Below, piece after piece: positions 8,209-16,663 of a stretch of 20,000 nt of DNA. Each line of letters opens with the position of its first letter. The stretch's first letter is position 1. The position numbers and the translations under genes are program-made. Source of the DNA: Candidatus Limnocylindrales bacterium (GTDB lineage Bacteria > Moduliflexota > Moduliflexia > Moduliflexales > JAUQPW01); the NCBI GenBank assembly GCA_035559535.1, contig DATMBG010000045.1:45875-65874 (forward strand), read 5' to 3'. A model generated the notes under the pieces. It saw nothing but the letters and a program-made list of their open reading frames with translations. It was not told where the DNA came from and ran no database searches.

Positions 8209-10263
8209 ATGAAAACGCTGGGTTCCGAAAACCTATCCGGTCAGACTAAAGTAAAAGTGGTTCTCTTCTCAGGGGGTAGAGGATCGAGGGTTCTTTCAAA
8301 GCAACTCATTAACAATCCCCAAGTCAGGTTGACCCTTGCCATCAATGGTTATGATGACGGGGCCTCGACCGGTGAAGTCAGAAGATTTCTGGGTGATAGT
8401 CTTGGCCCTTCGGATTTTAGAAAGAATGCTTCCCGAATGGCCGGCGAGCTCCAGTCTTGTAGTCGTGGACTTATTGAAATCCTCGATCTCCGATTCCCGG
8501 TGGGTTATTCGATGAATGAGGCCCTTAACTCATTTCGGATCCTCGGCGGTCAATCGATTTCCGGCGGAGATTTGGGTTCTATACGCTCTGAGTTCCAGGC
8601 TAAATTGGTAGCCCTACTCGCAGATATAGATGAAATCTCCAGGAAAGCACTCGTTAGAAAACTTTCTTACTTCGAGGAAGAACTCCTGAGAACCCAACAT
8701 CCTTTTTCTTTTTCCGATTGTAGTATCGGAAATCTGGTCTTTGCAGGATGTTTTTTAGAAATGGGACGAAACTTTAATGCAGCCATAGAGGATTACTGTA
8801 ATCTTTTAAATCTTCCTCCTGGTTTAATCGAAAATGTAACCGATGGGGCCAATGCTTATCTTGTGGCTTTGGATGATCACCATCGGGTTCTGGCAAGTGA
8901 AGCGGATATTGTCAACGCGAACCGACGCAACCACATCAAAGATATCTATCTGCTCCATCGCCCCCTTACTGAGGTAGAGCAGAACTGGTTAAAGTCGGCT
9001 TCAGCCGATGAGATTAAGCGTTTCCTTGAAAAACAATCTAAGACCCTGACACCTAATCCTCGTTTACTCAAGCGGATCGCAGAAGCCGATCTGATTATTT
9101 ACTCGCCTGGAACCCAACATTCAAGCCTCTTTCCTTCCTATATGACACCCGGACTTGGCACCGCGATTGCAAAAAATCTTAAAGCGATCAAGCTGCTGAT
9201 TACAAACCTCCAGGAAGATGCCGAGATCCCGGACAGCAGTGCCGTGGATATTATTAATAAAGCCGTTTATTATCTGAAGGAGAAGAATCTATTGCCAATT
9301 CCGACCCCTTGTTTGATTACCCACTATGTAATCAACGATCCAAATCACCAGGATCAAGAGACTCCCTATATCCCATTGGGTCGGCTTGAAACTTTGGAAG
9401 ATCCACGTCTGGTTCGAATTGGAAACTACGAAGAAGGAGTTACCGGGCGACACAATGCAGCCAAAATACTTACACCTTTTATTGAGTCGTTTCTCCAAAA
9501 AAGAGGACCCTGGAAGATGGCCGTTCTGTTTCTGGATACTTACTCTCTCAATAAAATCACCCAAACTTTACTGGAAATGCTGAGGGGAGGTATTCAGGAC
9601 CTGCCTGCCGAAATCATGGTATTCTATCAGAGTCAGGAGTTCTTAAGTCCTGATTTTGTCTCTTCACTCCCCTTCGGGGTCTATAACCTTTCTTCCGAAT
9701 CCCCGGAAGCACCCTTCTCAAAGGTTCTTAAAGATCCGCGATTTGATTATATCGTCTTGTTTGAATCTTCCGGGATGTACAAAGGCGAGGATATTGTAAA
9801 CCTCGTTTCGCTCTTGACCCACGGTCGATTAGATGCCGTATGGGGAAGTCGACGACTTTCCGTTAGTGATATCCATCAATCCTACAAACTCCGTTATCGT
9901 CATAACTTAGTTCTGGGTGCTCTAAGTTATATAGGGAGCCATATTTTAAGTCTTGCCTATCTATTACTTTATGGACGTTATATTTCGGACACCCTTTCAG
10001 GTGTCAGAGCCATCAAAGCTTCTTATTTACGTACCGATGGGATCGATTTAAAACACAAATATGTCAATCAACACATCCTTTCCATGCTCTTACGCGACCG
10101 GGCTGCAATCTTTGAAACTCCGATTCAATTTTTTCCTATCTCTCCCGAGAAGGTCCGGCGTACCACGGTACTGGATGGGATTCAGTCTCTCCTCACCATT
10201 TTGAAATGGAGGTTTAAGTCGTTAAAACGTCCTCAGGAGCCGGGAGAAACAAAAGATATATAA
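8209..10263 (+). CDS. Fusion protein: N-terminal CofD/YvcK (UPF0052)-family domain plus C-terminal degenerate GT2 (DPM-synthase-like) domain
   Basis: FSGGRG, NGYDDGASTG, LGPSDFRKN, SIGNL and ADLIIYSPGTQHSSLFP match the YvcK/CofD motifs GGGTG, DDGGSSG, PGD.RN, GNL and AD.I..GPGS..TS. From about 9511 on, DAVWGSRR, ISDTLSGVRAIK, ETPIQFFP and DGIQSLLTILKWR are GT2 DPM-like, with ESS in place of DxD. Confidence 0.78.
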   Translation: MKTLGSENLSGQTKVKVVLFSGGRGSRVLSKQLINNPQVRLTLAINGYDDGASTGEVRRFLGDSLGPSDFRKNASRMAGELQSCSRGLIEILDLRFPVGYSMNEALNSFRILGGQSISGGDLGSIRSEFQAKLVALLADIDEISRKALVRKLSYFEEELLRTQHPFSFSDCSIGNLVFAGCFLEMGRNFNAAIEDYCNLLNLPPGLIENVTDGANAYLVALDDHHRVLASEADIVNANRRNHIKDIYLLHRPLTEVEQNWLKSASADEIKRFLEKQSKTLTPNPRLLKRIAEADLIIYSPGTQHSSLFPSYMTPGLGTAIAKNLKAIKLLITNLQEDAEIPDSSAVDIINKAVYYLKEKNLLPIPTPCLITHYVINDPNHQDQETPYIPLGRLETLEDPRLVRIGNYEEGVTGRHNAAKILTPFIESFLQKRGPWKMAVLFLDTYSLNKITQTLLEMLRGGIQDLPAEIMVFYQSQEFLSPDFVSSLPFGVYNLSSESPEAPFSKVLKDPRFDYIVLFESSGMYKGEDIVNLVSLLTHGRLDAVWGSRRLSVSDIHQSYKLRYRHNLVLGALSYIGSHILSLAYLLLYGRYISDTLSGVRAIKASYLRTDGIDLKHKYVNQHILSMLLRDRAAIFETPIQFFPISPEKVRRTTVLDGIQSLLTILKWRFKSLKRPQEPGETKDI

Positions 10264-10271
10264 AGCAAAGA

Positions 10272-10349
10272 GGTTTCTTTAAATAAACCCGATTTCAGGT
10301 TTGAAATTCCCGGCTGAGAAAGGGAGTTCCGGGTTTATTCAAGGAAACC
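10272..10349. repeat. 78-bp element bounded by 20-bp imperfect inverted repeats (MITE-like or structured RNA)
   Basis: GGTTTCTTTAAATAAACCCG (10272-10291) versus CGGGTTTATTCAAGGAAACC (10330-10349), 18 of 20 complementary. Internal hairpins ATTTCA-GGTT-TGAAAT (10292-10307) and TCCC...GGGA (10308-10325). Confidence 0.8.
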
Positions 10350-10363
10350 ACCGGAATGATAGA

Positions 10364-11014
10364 ATGAGGTATTGTTTTGATCTGTTCATTTTTGATATGG
10401 ATGGCGTCCTGGCAGATACTTCCCCTTGCCACCGTCGAGCTTATGAGGACTTATGGCGCAGGATTGGGATCCGGGGTCCCGAGTATGAAACCATTGCAGG
10501 CCGAAAGACCTGCGATGTCATTAAAGAATTTACTGCGGGGTTAAAACCTTCTCCAGAACAGATCCAGGAATGGATTTTGTTTAAGCAATTACAGGCACGC
10601 CGGTATTTCTCTGCGGAGGTCATTACCTATCCAGATACCGTTCGGGCTTTAACCACCCTTGCAAAATATAAAGCCCGTCTGGCCCTTGGAACCTCCGCTT
10701 CAAGGGATTCGACCCGGATGATCCTGAACCGGTTAGGGATCAGCGACCTCTTCTCTATCCTGGTTACCGGAGATGATGTAAAACACGGAAAACCATCCCC
10801 CGAGATCTACTTAAAAATTATCCAGAAAGCTGAGATCAGCCCCCACAAAACCCTGATTGTTGAAGATAGCCCCTCTGGACTTGAAGCAGCCATTGCCTCA
10901 ACAGCTTATGCAGCTTCGGTAAGGACCGGAAAAAAGATCGAGCATCCCAAATTTATCGGGAGCTTTTCGGATCTTTGTGAATTACTATCGAAATCAGGAA
11001 TCGAGGTGCCATGA
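10364..11014 (+). CDS. HAD-superfamily phosphatase/phosphomutase (beta-PGM-like, subfamily IA), about 216 aa
   Basis: Motif I FIFDMDGVLADT, motif II LGTSA, motif III GKPSPEIY and motif IV IVEDSPSGLEAA. ATG 10364 is chosen because the TTG 10301 extension lies inside the inverted repeat. Confidence 0.9.
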   Translation: MRYCFDLFIFDMDGVLADTSPCHRRAYEDLWRRIGIRGPEYETIAGRKTCDVIKEFTAGLKPSPEQIQEWILFKQLQARRYFSAEVITYPDTVRALTTLAKYKARLALGTSASRDSTRMILNRLGISDLFSILVTGDDVKHGKPSPEIYLKIIQKAEISPHKTLIVEDSPSGLEAAIASTAYAASVRTGKKIEHPKFIGSFSDLCELLSKSGIEVP

Positions 11015-11787
11015 ATCGTTTAATGATCATTCCGGCCGCGGGTCTTGGCTCGCGTTTAAAGTCACCTCTGCCCAAAGTCCTTTTCCCGGTCAATGGAAAA
11101 CCCATGATCGATTACTTGTTCGATCTATATGCCTCTGTGATGGAATATTTTATTTTGGTTCTCCACCCTTCCTTTGAGAAGGAGGTACGAAATCACTGTG
11201 CTAATTATCCATTTCCCATCGGGTATGAGCTTCAAAACTCCCCCACAGGAATGCTCGATGCAATCCTTATCCCAAAGGAACAGGTGCGAAAACTTGAACC
11301 GACCCGCATCTGGATTACCTGGTGTGATCAGATCGCCGTTCAACCGGAAACGGTCATGAACCTGGTAGAGTTATCACACCAGGATCCTGAAGCAGCTTTA
11401 ATTTTTCCGACTCTGCTACAAAGGAAGCCCTACGTCCATTTCGTTCGTAATGATTGGGGTGAAATTATCCAGGTCCTCCATCGCCGTGAAGGGGATGGGC
11501 TGCCCGAAGTGGGGGAAAGTGACCTGGGACTTTTTTGTTTATCCCGTAAAGCTTACCTGGATTTACTGGTCAAGTTCTCCTATGATATAAAAACAGGAGC
11601 GGTAACCCAAGAGAGAAATTTCCTGCCGTTTATCCCCTGGCTGAAGGGTCGGGGCCGAGTCCGAACGTTTTCCGGTTGTAACGAAATCGAATCTGTAGGC
11701 ATCAATACGCCGGAGGATTTACATCGGGTAGAAAATTATTTACGCCGTGAAAGAAAAAGTCCTTTCCATTATTATTCCCGCTTATAA
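11011..11787 (+). CDS. Stand-alone nucleotidyltransferase (GlmU N-terminal / MobA-like NTP transferase)
   Basis: [45 protein letters not shown] and GINTPEDL. There is no hexapeptide acetyltransferase domain. ATGA overlap with the HAD gene and GAGGTG at 11003-11008. Confidence 0.87.
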   Translation: MNRLMIIPAAGLGSRLKSPLPKVLFPVNGKPMIDYLFDLYASVMEYFILVLHPSFEKEVRNHCANYPFPIGYELQNSPTGMLDAILIPKEQVRKLEPTRIWITWCDQIAVQPETVMNLVELSHQDPEAALIFPTLLQRKPYVHFVRNDWGEIIQVLHRREGDGLPEVGESDLGLFCLSRKAYLDLLVKFSYDIKTGAVTQERNFLPFIPWLKGRGRVRTFSGCNEIESVGINTPEDLHRVENYLRRERKSPFHYYSRL

Positions 11788-12478
11788 CGAAGAACCCTTT
11801 ATCGGGAAGCTATTAGAAAAGGTGATGGCTGTGGATCTTTCCCGGCTTGGAATTACTAAAGAGATTATAGTGATCAACGACCATTCAACAGATCGTACCG
11901 CCGAAATTGTGAGCGGATTTAAAGAAGTCATTTTAAAGACCCTGCCGGAAAACAGTGGAAAGGGAGCGGCTGTCAGAACCGGAATAGCCCTGGCAACAGG
12001 GGATTATATCATTATACAGGATGCCGATCTCGAATACGATCCCAACGACTACCTTCCCATGCTTAAGGTTCTCTTAGAGGATAAAGGGGATGTCGTATAC
12101 GGCAGTCGCTATCTGAAATATCCTGACCGTAGTAAGCTGATAAACCTGCTTACCGGTAAGCATCCTGGACAGTCCTGGGCCGCATATCTGGGGGGCCAGA
12201 GTCTGAGTTTTATAGCACTTTTCTATACCGGACACTATCTTACCGATACTGTAACCGCTCTGAAATTGTTTAAACGGGATATCATTAAATCTCTAGAGCT
12301 TGAGACCTCAGGGTTCGAACTGGACCATGAAATTTCTTCAAAAATCCTGGCCCGAGGTTATATTATTAAAGAAGTTCCCATTAGCTACTTTCCACGAAGT
12401 AAAAAAGAGGGTAAAAAGATCGGCCTCAGGGACTGGTTTATCGCCTGGAAAACATTTGCCAGGTATCGAAAAGGGTAA
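11747..12478 (+). CDS. Glycosyltransferase family 2, polyprenol-phosphate sugar synthase (DPM/DPG-synthase-like)
   Basis: [44 protein letters not shown] and [17 protein letters not shown]. The GTG start overlaps the NTase gene by 41 nt. Confidence 0.92.
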   Translation: MKEKVLSIIIPAYNEEPFIGKLLEKVMAVDLSRLGITKEIIVINDHSTDRTAEIVSGFKEVILKTLPENSGKGAAVRTGIALATGDYIIIQDADLEYDPNDYLPMLKVLLEDKGDVVYGSRYLKYPDRSKLINLLTGKHPGQSWAAYLGGQSLSFIALFYTGHYLTDTVTALKLFKRDIIKSLELETSGFELDHEISSKILARGYIIKEVPISYFPRSKKEGKKIGLRDWFIAWKTFARYRKG

Positions 12479-12515
12479 ATAATCCTTTAGAAAGGTATCC
12501 ATTCAGTTAAATTTT

Positions 12516-13229
12516 ATGTTATCCATCGTTCTTCCCGCATATAATGAAGAGAAGCGAATTCCAGGCTCTCTTCAGAAAATGATCCAGTATTTAAATAATT
12601 CAGATTATCTTTACGAGATTATCGTTGTAGATGATGGGAGTACAGACCATACGTTGGAGGTAGCTACCGCCGCAGCTACAGCCTGTAAGAATTTCAAGAT
12701 TATCCAAAATAAAACCAATCGAGGAAAAGGCTACGCGGTGAAAACAGGCGTTCTCCAATCTAAGGGAGAGATTATTTTATTTTCCGATACCGATCTTTCC
12801 ACACCCATAGAGGAATTACCCAAGTTGCTCAAATACCTCCAGGAAGGGTATGACATAGCCATTGGTTCAAGGGCACTTCCAGAATCTGAAGTTCGACTGC
12901 ATCAAGCCAGGGGAAGAGAAGGGATGGGAAGGATCTTTAATTTTTTGGTCCAGGCTCTGGTTATAGAAGGGATCCGGGATACCCAGTGCGGATTTAAATG
13001 TTTTAAACGCCAGGCCGCGGAAGCTATCTTTCAAAAGCAACGTCTTAACGGGTTTAGCTTCGATGTAGAAATTCTTTATCTGGCCAGAAAATTGGGCTAT
13101 CGGATCGCAGAGGTACCTGTCGTGTGGTTGAATTCAAAGGAAACTAAAGTTTCGATTTTGAGGGATCCTCTCTATATGCTCATGGATTTACTGAAGATCC
13201 GATACTTTGACTTTATGGGGCTATACTGA
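12516..13229 (+). CDS. Glycosyltransferase family 2, dolichyl/polyprenyl-phosphate beta-glucosyltransferase-like
   Basis: LSIVLPAYNEEKRI, VVDDGSTD, NRGKGYAVKTG, FSDTDLSTP, AIGSR, DTQCGFKCF and GFSFDVEIL (ALG5/DPG-synthase-like signature). Confidence 0.92.
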   Translation: MLSIVLPAYNEEKRIPGSLQKMIQYLNNSDYLYEIIVVDDGSTDHTLEVATAAATACKNFKIIQNKTNRGKGYAVKTGVLQSKGEIILFSDTDLSTPIEELPKLLKYLQEGYDIAIGSRALPESEVRLHQARGREGMGRIFNFLVQALVIEGIRDTQCGFKCFKRQAAEAIFQKQRLNGFSFDVEILYLARKLGYRIAEVPVVWLNSKETKVSILRDPLYMLMDLLKIRYFDFMGLY

Positions 13230-13334
13230 TTTCCTATCTGGTCTGACGGGACCCTTCGCCGGATAAGAGGGATCAAGAACCTGAAAGGAATAAAGCCGGA
13301 TTAATCGGCGAAATTAAATGCTTACAAAATCTGT

Positions 13335-16300
13335 ATGCTCTCATTTCCAGAGATTCCTAAAAATTTGGAAGCTTCCCATCAAAATGAAGCCGTCCGGGAT
13401 TCTTCTCTCCATTTGATGAAGTTTTGGCTTGCAATTCTTTCAGTCATAGGGGTTTGGCTTGGGATCTTACTTTGGATTCATGCCCATAATCCGCGCCTCC
13501 TCCCCTCCTGGCACGGGTTTCTACATACGGCCATTGCCATGCGATTTACAGACGGATCGTTTCCTCCAGAGAATCCCTTCTTTGCCGGTGAAAAACTCCC
13601 CTACTACTGGGCATACCAGTACTTCGGTTTTATAGTAGCCCGAATTTTAAAAACCGATCTCCTTCATGCCTTTCGGTTTATAGCCCTGTCCAGTCTGGCC
13701 GTTTTAGTTATTTTCTCCGGATTAACCGGATATAAATATTTTCGATCTATCGGAGCCGGCCTTTTGATCGGTTACCTTGCTGTGGCTGGAGCTAATCCCT
13801 TCGGACCGCTGATTGCGTTAGCTAAACATTGGATAAAAGCTGCTCCTTTGATCAGCCCGGTATCCTCACAAACTCCCGTCGAGACCCTTTTTGTTACGAA
13901 CCGAATGGCCGATGATTGGATGACCCAACCCCTCTTACCCGCCCTGTATATCTCCAGTGAATGGTGGCATGGACAGAATATCGTCTGGTTTATAGATATT
14001 TCTGCACGGGCTCCCGCTTTATCGTTGGTTTTTGTACTTCTCTTCCTTCTTTTGAGCCCCCGGCTAAAATTTGGAAAAATACTCCTTATAACTTTACTGG
14101 CCGCTCTTATAACGGCTTTTAACCCCATCACCGGATTTGTAGTGTCTGGAAGCCTTCTGGGGGCCTCTCTGATAATACTCTGTCTGACGGCTTTAAAGCG
14201 TTCCCACTTCGGTTACAAGTTTAAAAAGCAGCCCCTCGTCCTGTCCCTCCTCTGCCTTACAGGTACCCTTCTGGCTGCACCTACCTACTATCATTTGTTT
14301 CTCCTTAACAAGGGAACTCTAAGCCTGACCTCTTCTTACTCTGTTTTTTATCTCTTTTTAAAATTGGCTGCCCTCTCGGCCAATTTTTTGATCCTGGTTT
14401 CCCTGGCGATTCTGGGTAGCTGGAAATCATCTTATCGAGAAGGAATAGGACTCTGGACCCTGACCCTGGCCGGAATTCTTCTGTTACTTGTCGTTCCCCT
14501 TATTATTCTCTGGCCTCACAACGAGCATAACCTGACCAACGCTGCCGCATGTCTCCTTGCCGTTCCGGCAGTTGCCTGGATAACCTGCCTGCCCAAGCGA
14601 AAAGAAGAAAGGATTTCTAAAGGATCTCTTTTTCTTTTACTCCTGGGGGTTCTCTTTCTACCTACAACCTTCTGTACCCTTCTTTCCTACACCGGAAGGC
14701 CCCCTCTTCCCCTTGGATTTCGGGGTCAAACCCTGCAGAGACTACCCGAAGAGGGTCCCCTCGAAAATTTATATGCCTGGATAAGGAATCAAACCCCTTC
14801 CGATGCCGTATTCCTTTGTGATCCCAATGAACCTGTTAAAATGTCTGGAAACGTAGCCGAACTTCCGGCCTTTACCGCGAGAACTCTTTTCATAGATCTC
14901 CCCGGCTATCTTACTTCTCAGTACAAAGATGCGAACTTCAGGACTACGCTGGCCGGCAATGCAGCAAAGGGCTACCCTTTGACACCTCCTCAACGTAATT
15001 ATCTCCGTCATCTGCAAAGACCTCTTTACCTGATTACCTATCATGCCGACCAGGAAGATCTTTTGAATCGGCTGATTCAACAAAACGGTGGGCCTATCTT
15101 TCGTCAAGATTTTGTAGCCGTGTTCAAAATCACCCTGGATCCGATAGAATTTCAACCTTCCAAGGCAGGATTTCAACCTTTGCAGTTTGATTTAGCTTTC
15201 TCGACCTATCTGGGAGGTTCACAATTTGAACACATCCGTGGGATTACTACAGATAGCTCCGGTAACATATATGTTACCGGTGGTACAACTTCCCCGGACT
15301 TTCCGGTTACAAACGGTGTCTATCAGACCACCCTTAATCCTGCTAAACCAGATTCCCCCGATATTTCGCCCATGGATGTTTTCGTAACCAAATTAGATCC
15401 CGGCGGCAAAATCATCTGGTCTACTTTCCTGGGTGGCCCCAATTACGATCGAGCTTATGCCATTGCGGTAGATAACCAAGACTATGTCTATGTAGCAGGT
15501 CGGGCCGGTAAAGGTTTTCCGGTTACCCGGGGAGCCTTTCAAACGTCCTTTCAAGGGGGGCAAGAAGCGCCTTTTTATGGCCCTCAAGATGGTTTCATCT
15601 GTAAACTGACTCCTGATGGTTCTAAACTTGTTTTCTGCAGTTACTTTGGAACCCCAGACCCTTCCATTATTCGAGATATAGCGGTTGATCCAAAGGGAGA
15701 TATTTACCTGGCATCGGGTTATTCCTCAGGCCGTTATCCTAAAGAAGTTCACAAGGTCTTTAATAATAAGCCCCATGGGGATCATGATGCTGTTATAGCC
15801 AAGATCCATTCCGATGGCTCCCGGGTACTCTGGGCTACCTATCTGGGAGGTTCGGATTGGGAGAGTAACGAGAACTCTGTCCGTTTGGATGGAGCCGGGA
15901 ATCCCTATGTTCTGTTAACAACCAGGTCGACCGATATGCCGGTCACCGAGAACGCCTATGGAAAGACGTATGCCGGCCATGGGGATCTCTATGTGGCGAA
16001 ACTCACACCCGATGAAGGGAAATTAGTCTGGGGTACCTACCTGGGGGGACCTGAAAACGAATCCACCGAAACCCATGAATTCGCCGTAGATGCTGAAGGT
16101 AATGCTTACATTGCAGCTCCAACCAAGTCCCCCGACTTTCCCACCACTCCCGGAGCTTTTCAAAGAAAATATGAGGGGGGCCCCAATGAAATATTCGTGG
16201 CTAAAATTTCACCAGATGGTTCACAACTTTTGGCCAGTACTCTCCTGGGGGGAAAGGATAGAGATAGACCGGAAGGTGTGGCGGTGGATACAGCCGGTAA

Positions 16301-16619
16301 TGTCTACTTTACCGGTACAACCACCTCCAATAACTTTCCGGTAACAAGGGATGCTTTTCAACCTAATTTAATAGGAGACCGAAATGCCTTTGCGGTAGTG
16401 CTTTCCGCAGATTTCAGTCGGTTGCTCTACGCCACCTACCTGGGAGGCGGCGGAGGAGAATTGGGTCGAGCGGCCACGGTGGATTCCCATGGTAATTTCT
16501 ATATAGCCGGTCAAACAGATTCAAAGAACTGGCCGGTCCATAACGCTTTTCAGCCTGCTTACAGTGGTAACATAGATGGATTTATAGCCGGATTTAAACC
16601 AAACACTCAGAAAAACTAA
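13335..16619 (+). CDS. Polytopic membrane protein (GT-C-like) fused to a C-terminal SBBP beta-propeller repeat domain
   Basis: The first ~450 aa carry many hydrophobic segments and a loop FPPENPFFAGEKLPYYW, followed by a soluble region with YAWIRNQTPSDAVFL. From about 15201 there are seven repeats (STYLGG, STFLGG, CSYFGT, ATYLGG, GTYLGG, STLLGG, ATYLGG), each followed by a D..GN.Y-like motif. Confidence 0.75.
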   Translation: MLSFPEIPKNLEASHQNEAVRDSSLHLMKFWLAILSVIGVWLGILLWIHAHNPRLLPSWHGFLHTAIAMRFTDGSFPPENPFFAGEKLPYYWAYQYFGFIVARILKTDLLHAFRFIALSSLAVLVIFSGLTGYKYFRSIGAGLLIGYLAVAGANPFGPLIALAKHWIKAAPLISPVSSQTPVETLFVTNRMADDWMTQPLLPALYISSEWWHGQNIVWFIDISARAPALSLVFVLLFLLLSPRLKFGKILLITLLAALITAFNPITGFVVSGSLLGASLIILCLTALKRSHFGYKFKKQPLVLSLLCLTGTLLAAPTYYHLFLLNKGTLSLTSSYSVFYLFLKLAALSANFLILVSLAILGSWKSSYREGIGLWTLTLAGILLLLVVPLIILWPHNEHNLTNAAACLLAVPAVAWITCLPKRKEERISKGSLFLLLLGVLFLPTTFCTLLSYTGRPPLPLGFRGQTLQRLPEEGPLENLYAWIRNQTPSDAVFLCDPNEPVKMSGNVAELPAFTARTLFIDLPGYLTSQYKDANFRTTLAGNAAKGYPLTPPQRNYLRHLQRPLYLITYHADQEDLLNRLIQQNGGPIFRQDFVAVFKITLDPIEFQPSKAGFQPLQFDLAFSTYLGGSQFEHIRGITTDSSGNIYVTGGTTSPDFPVTNGVYQTTLNPAKPDSPDISPMDVFVTKLDPGGKIIWSTFLGGPNYDRAYAIAVDNQDYVYVAGRAGKGFPVTRGAFQTSFQGGQEAPFYGPQDGFICKLTPDGSKLVFCSYFGTPDPSIIRDIAVDPKGDIYLASGYSSGRYPKEVHKVFNNKPHGDHDAVIAKIHSDGSRVLWATYLGGSDWESNENSVRLDGAGNPYVLLTTRSTDMPVTENAYGKTYAGHGDLYVAKLTPDEGKLVWGTYLGGPENESTETHEFAVDAEGNAYIAAPTKSPDFPTTPGAFQRKYEGGPNEIFVAKISPDGSQLLASTLLGGKDRDRPEGVAVDTAGNVYFTGTTTSNNFPVTRDAFQPNLIGDRNAFAVVLSADFSRLLYATYLGGGGGELGRAATVDSHGNFYIAGQTDSKNWPVHNAFQPAYSGNIDGFIAGFKPNTQKN

Positions 16620-16663
16620 AGCGTGTTCTTCTAAAAGAAAATCAAAATAGAAAATTGCCTTCT

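Noticed and set aside
8209-10263. Calling this gene cofD/fbiA (F420 synthesis) or housekeeping yvcK
   Set aside because: The motifs are divergent, the protein is fused to a GT2-like domain, and neither F420 genes nor the usual rapZ-yvcK-whiA context are present. Only the family-level call is supported.
11011-11787. Calling this gene glmU
   Set aside because: It is only 258 aa, has no hexapeptide acetyltransferase domain, and its substrate is unknown.
13230-13334. Short palindromes (TTCGCCG/CGGCGAA, GCCGGATTAATCGGC) as a terminator or operator
   Set aside because: The stems are short, there is no U-tract, and chance occurrence is plausible.
15201-16560. Repeated TYLGG-coding DNA as a mobile or DNA-level repeat
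   Set aside because: It is fully explained by diverged protein-level SBBP repeats.
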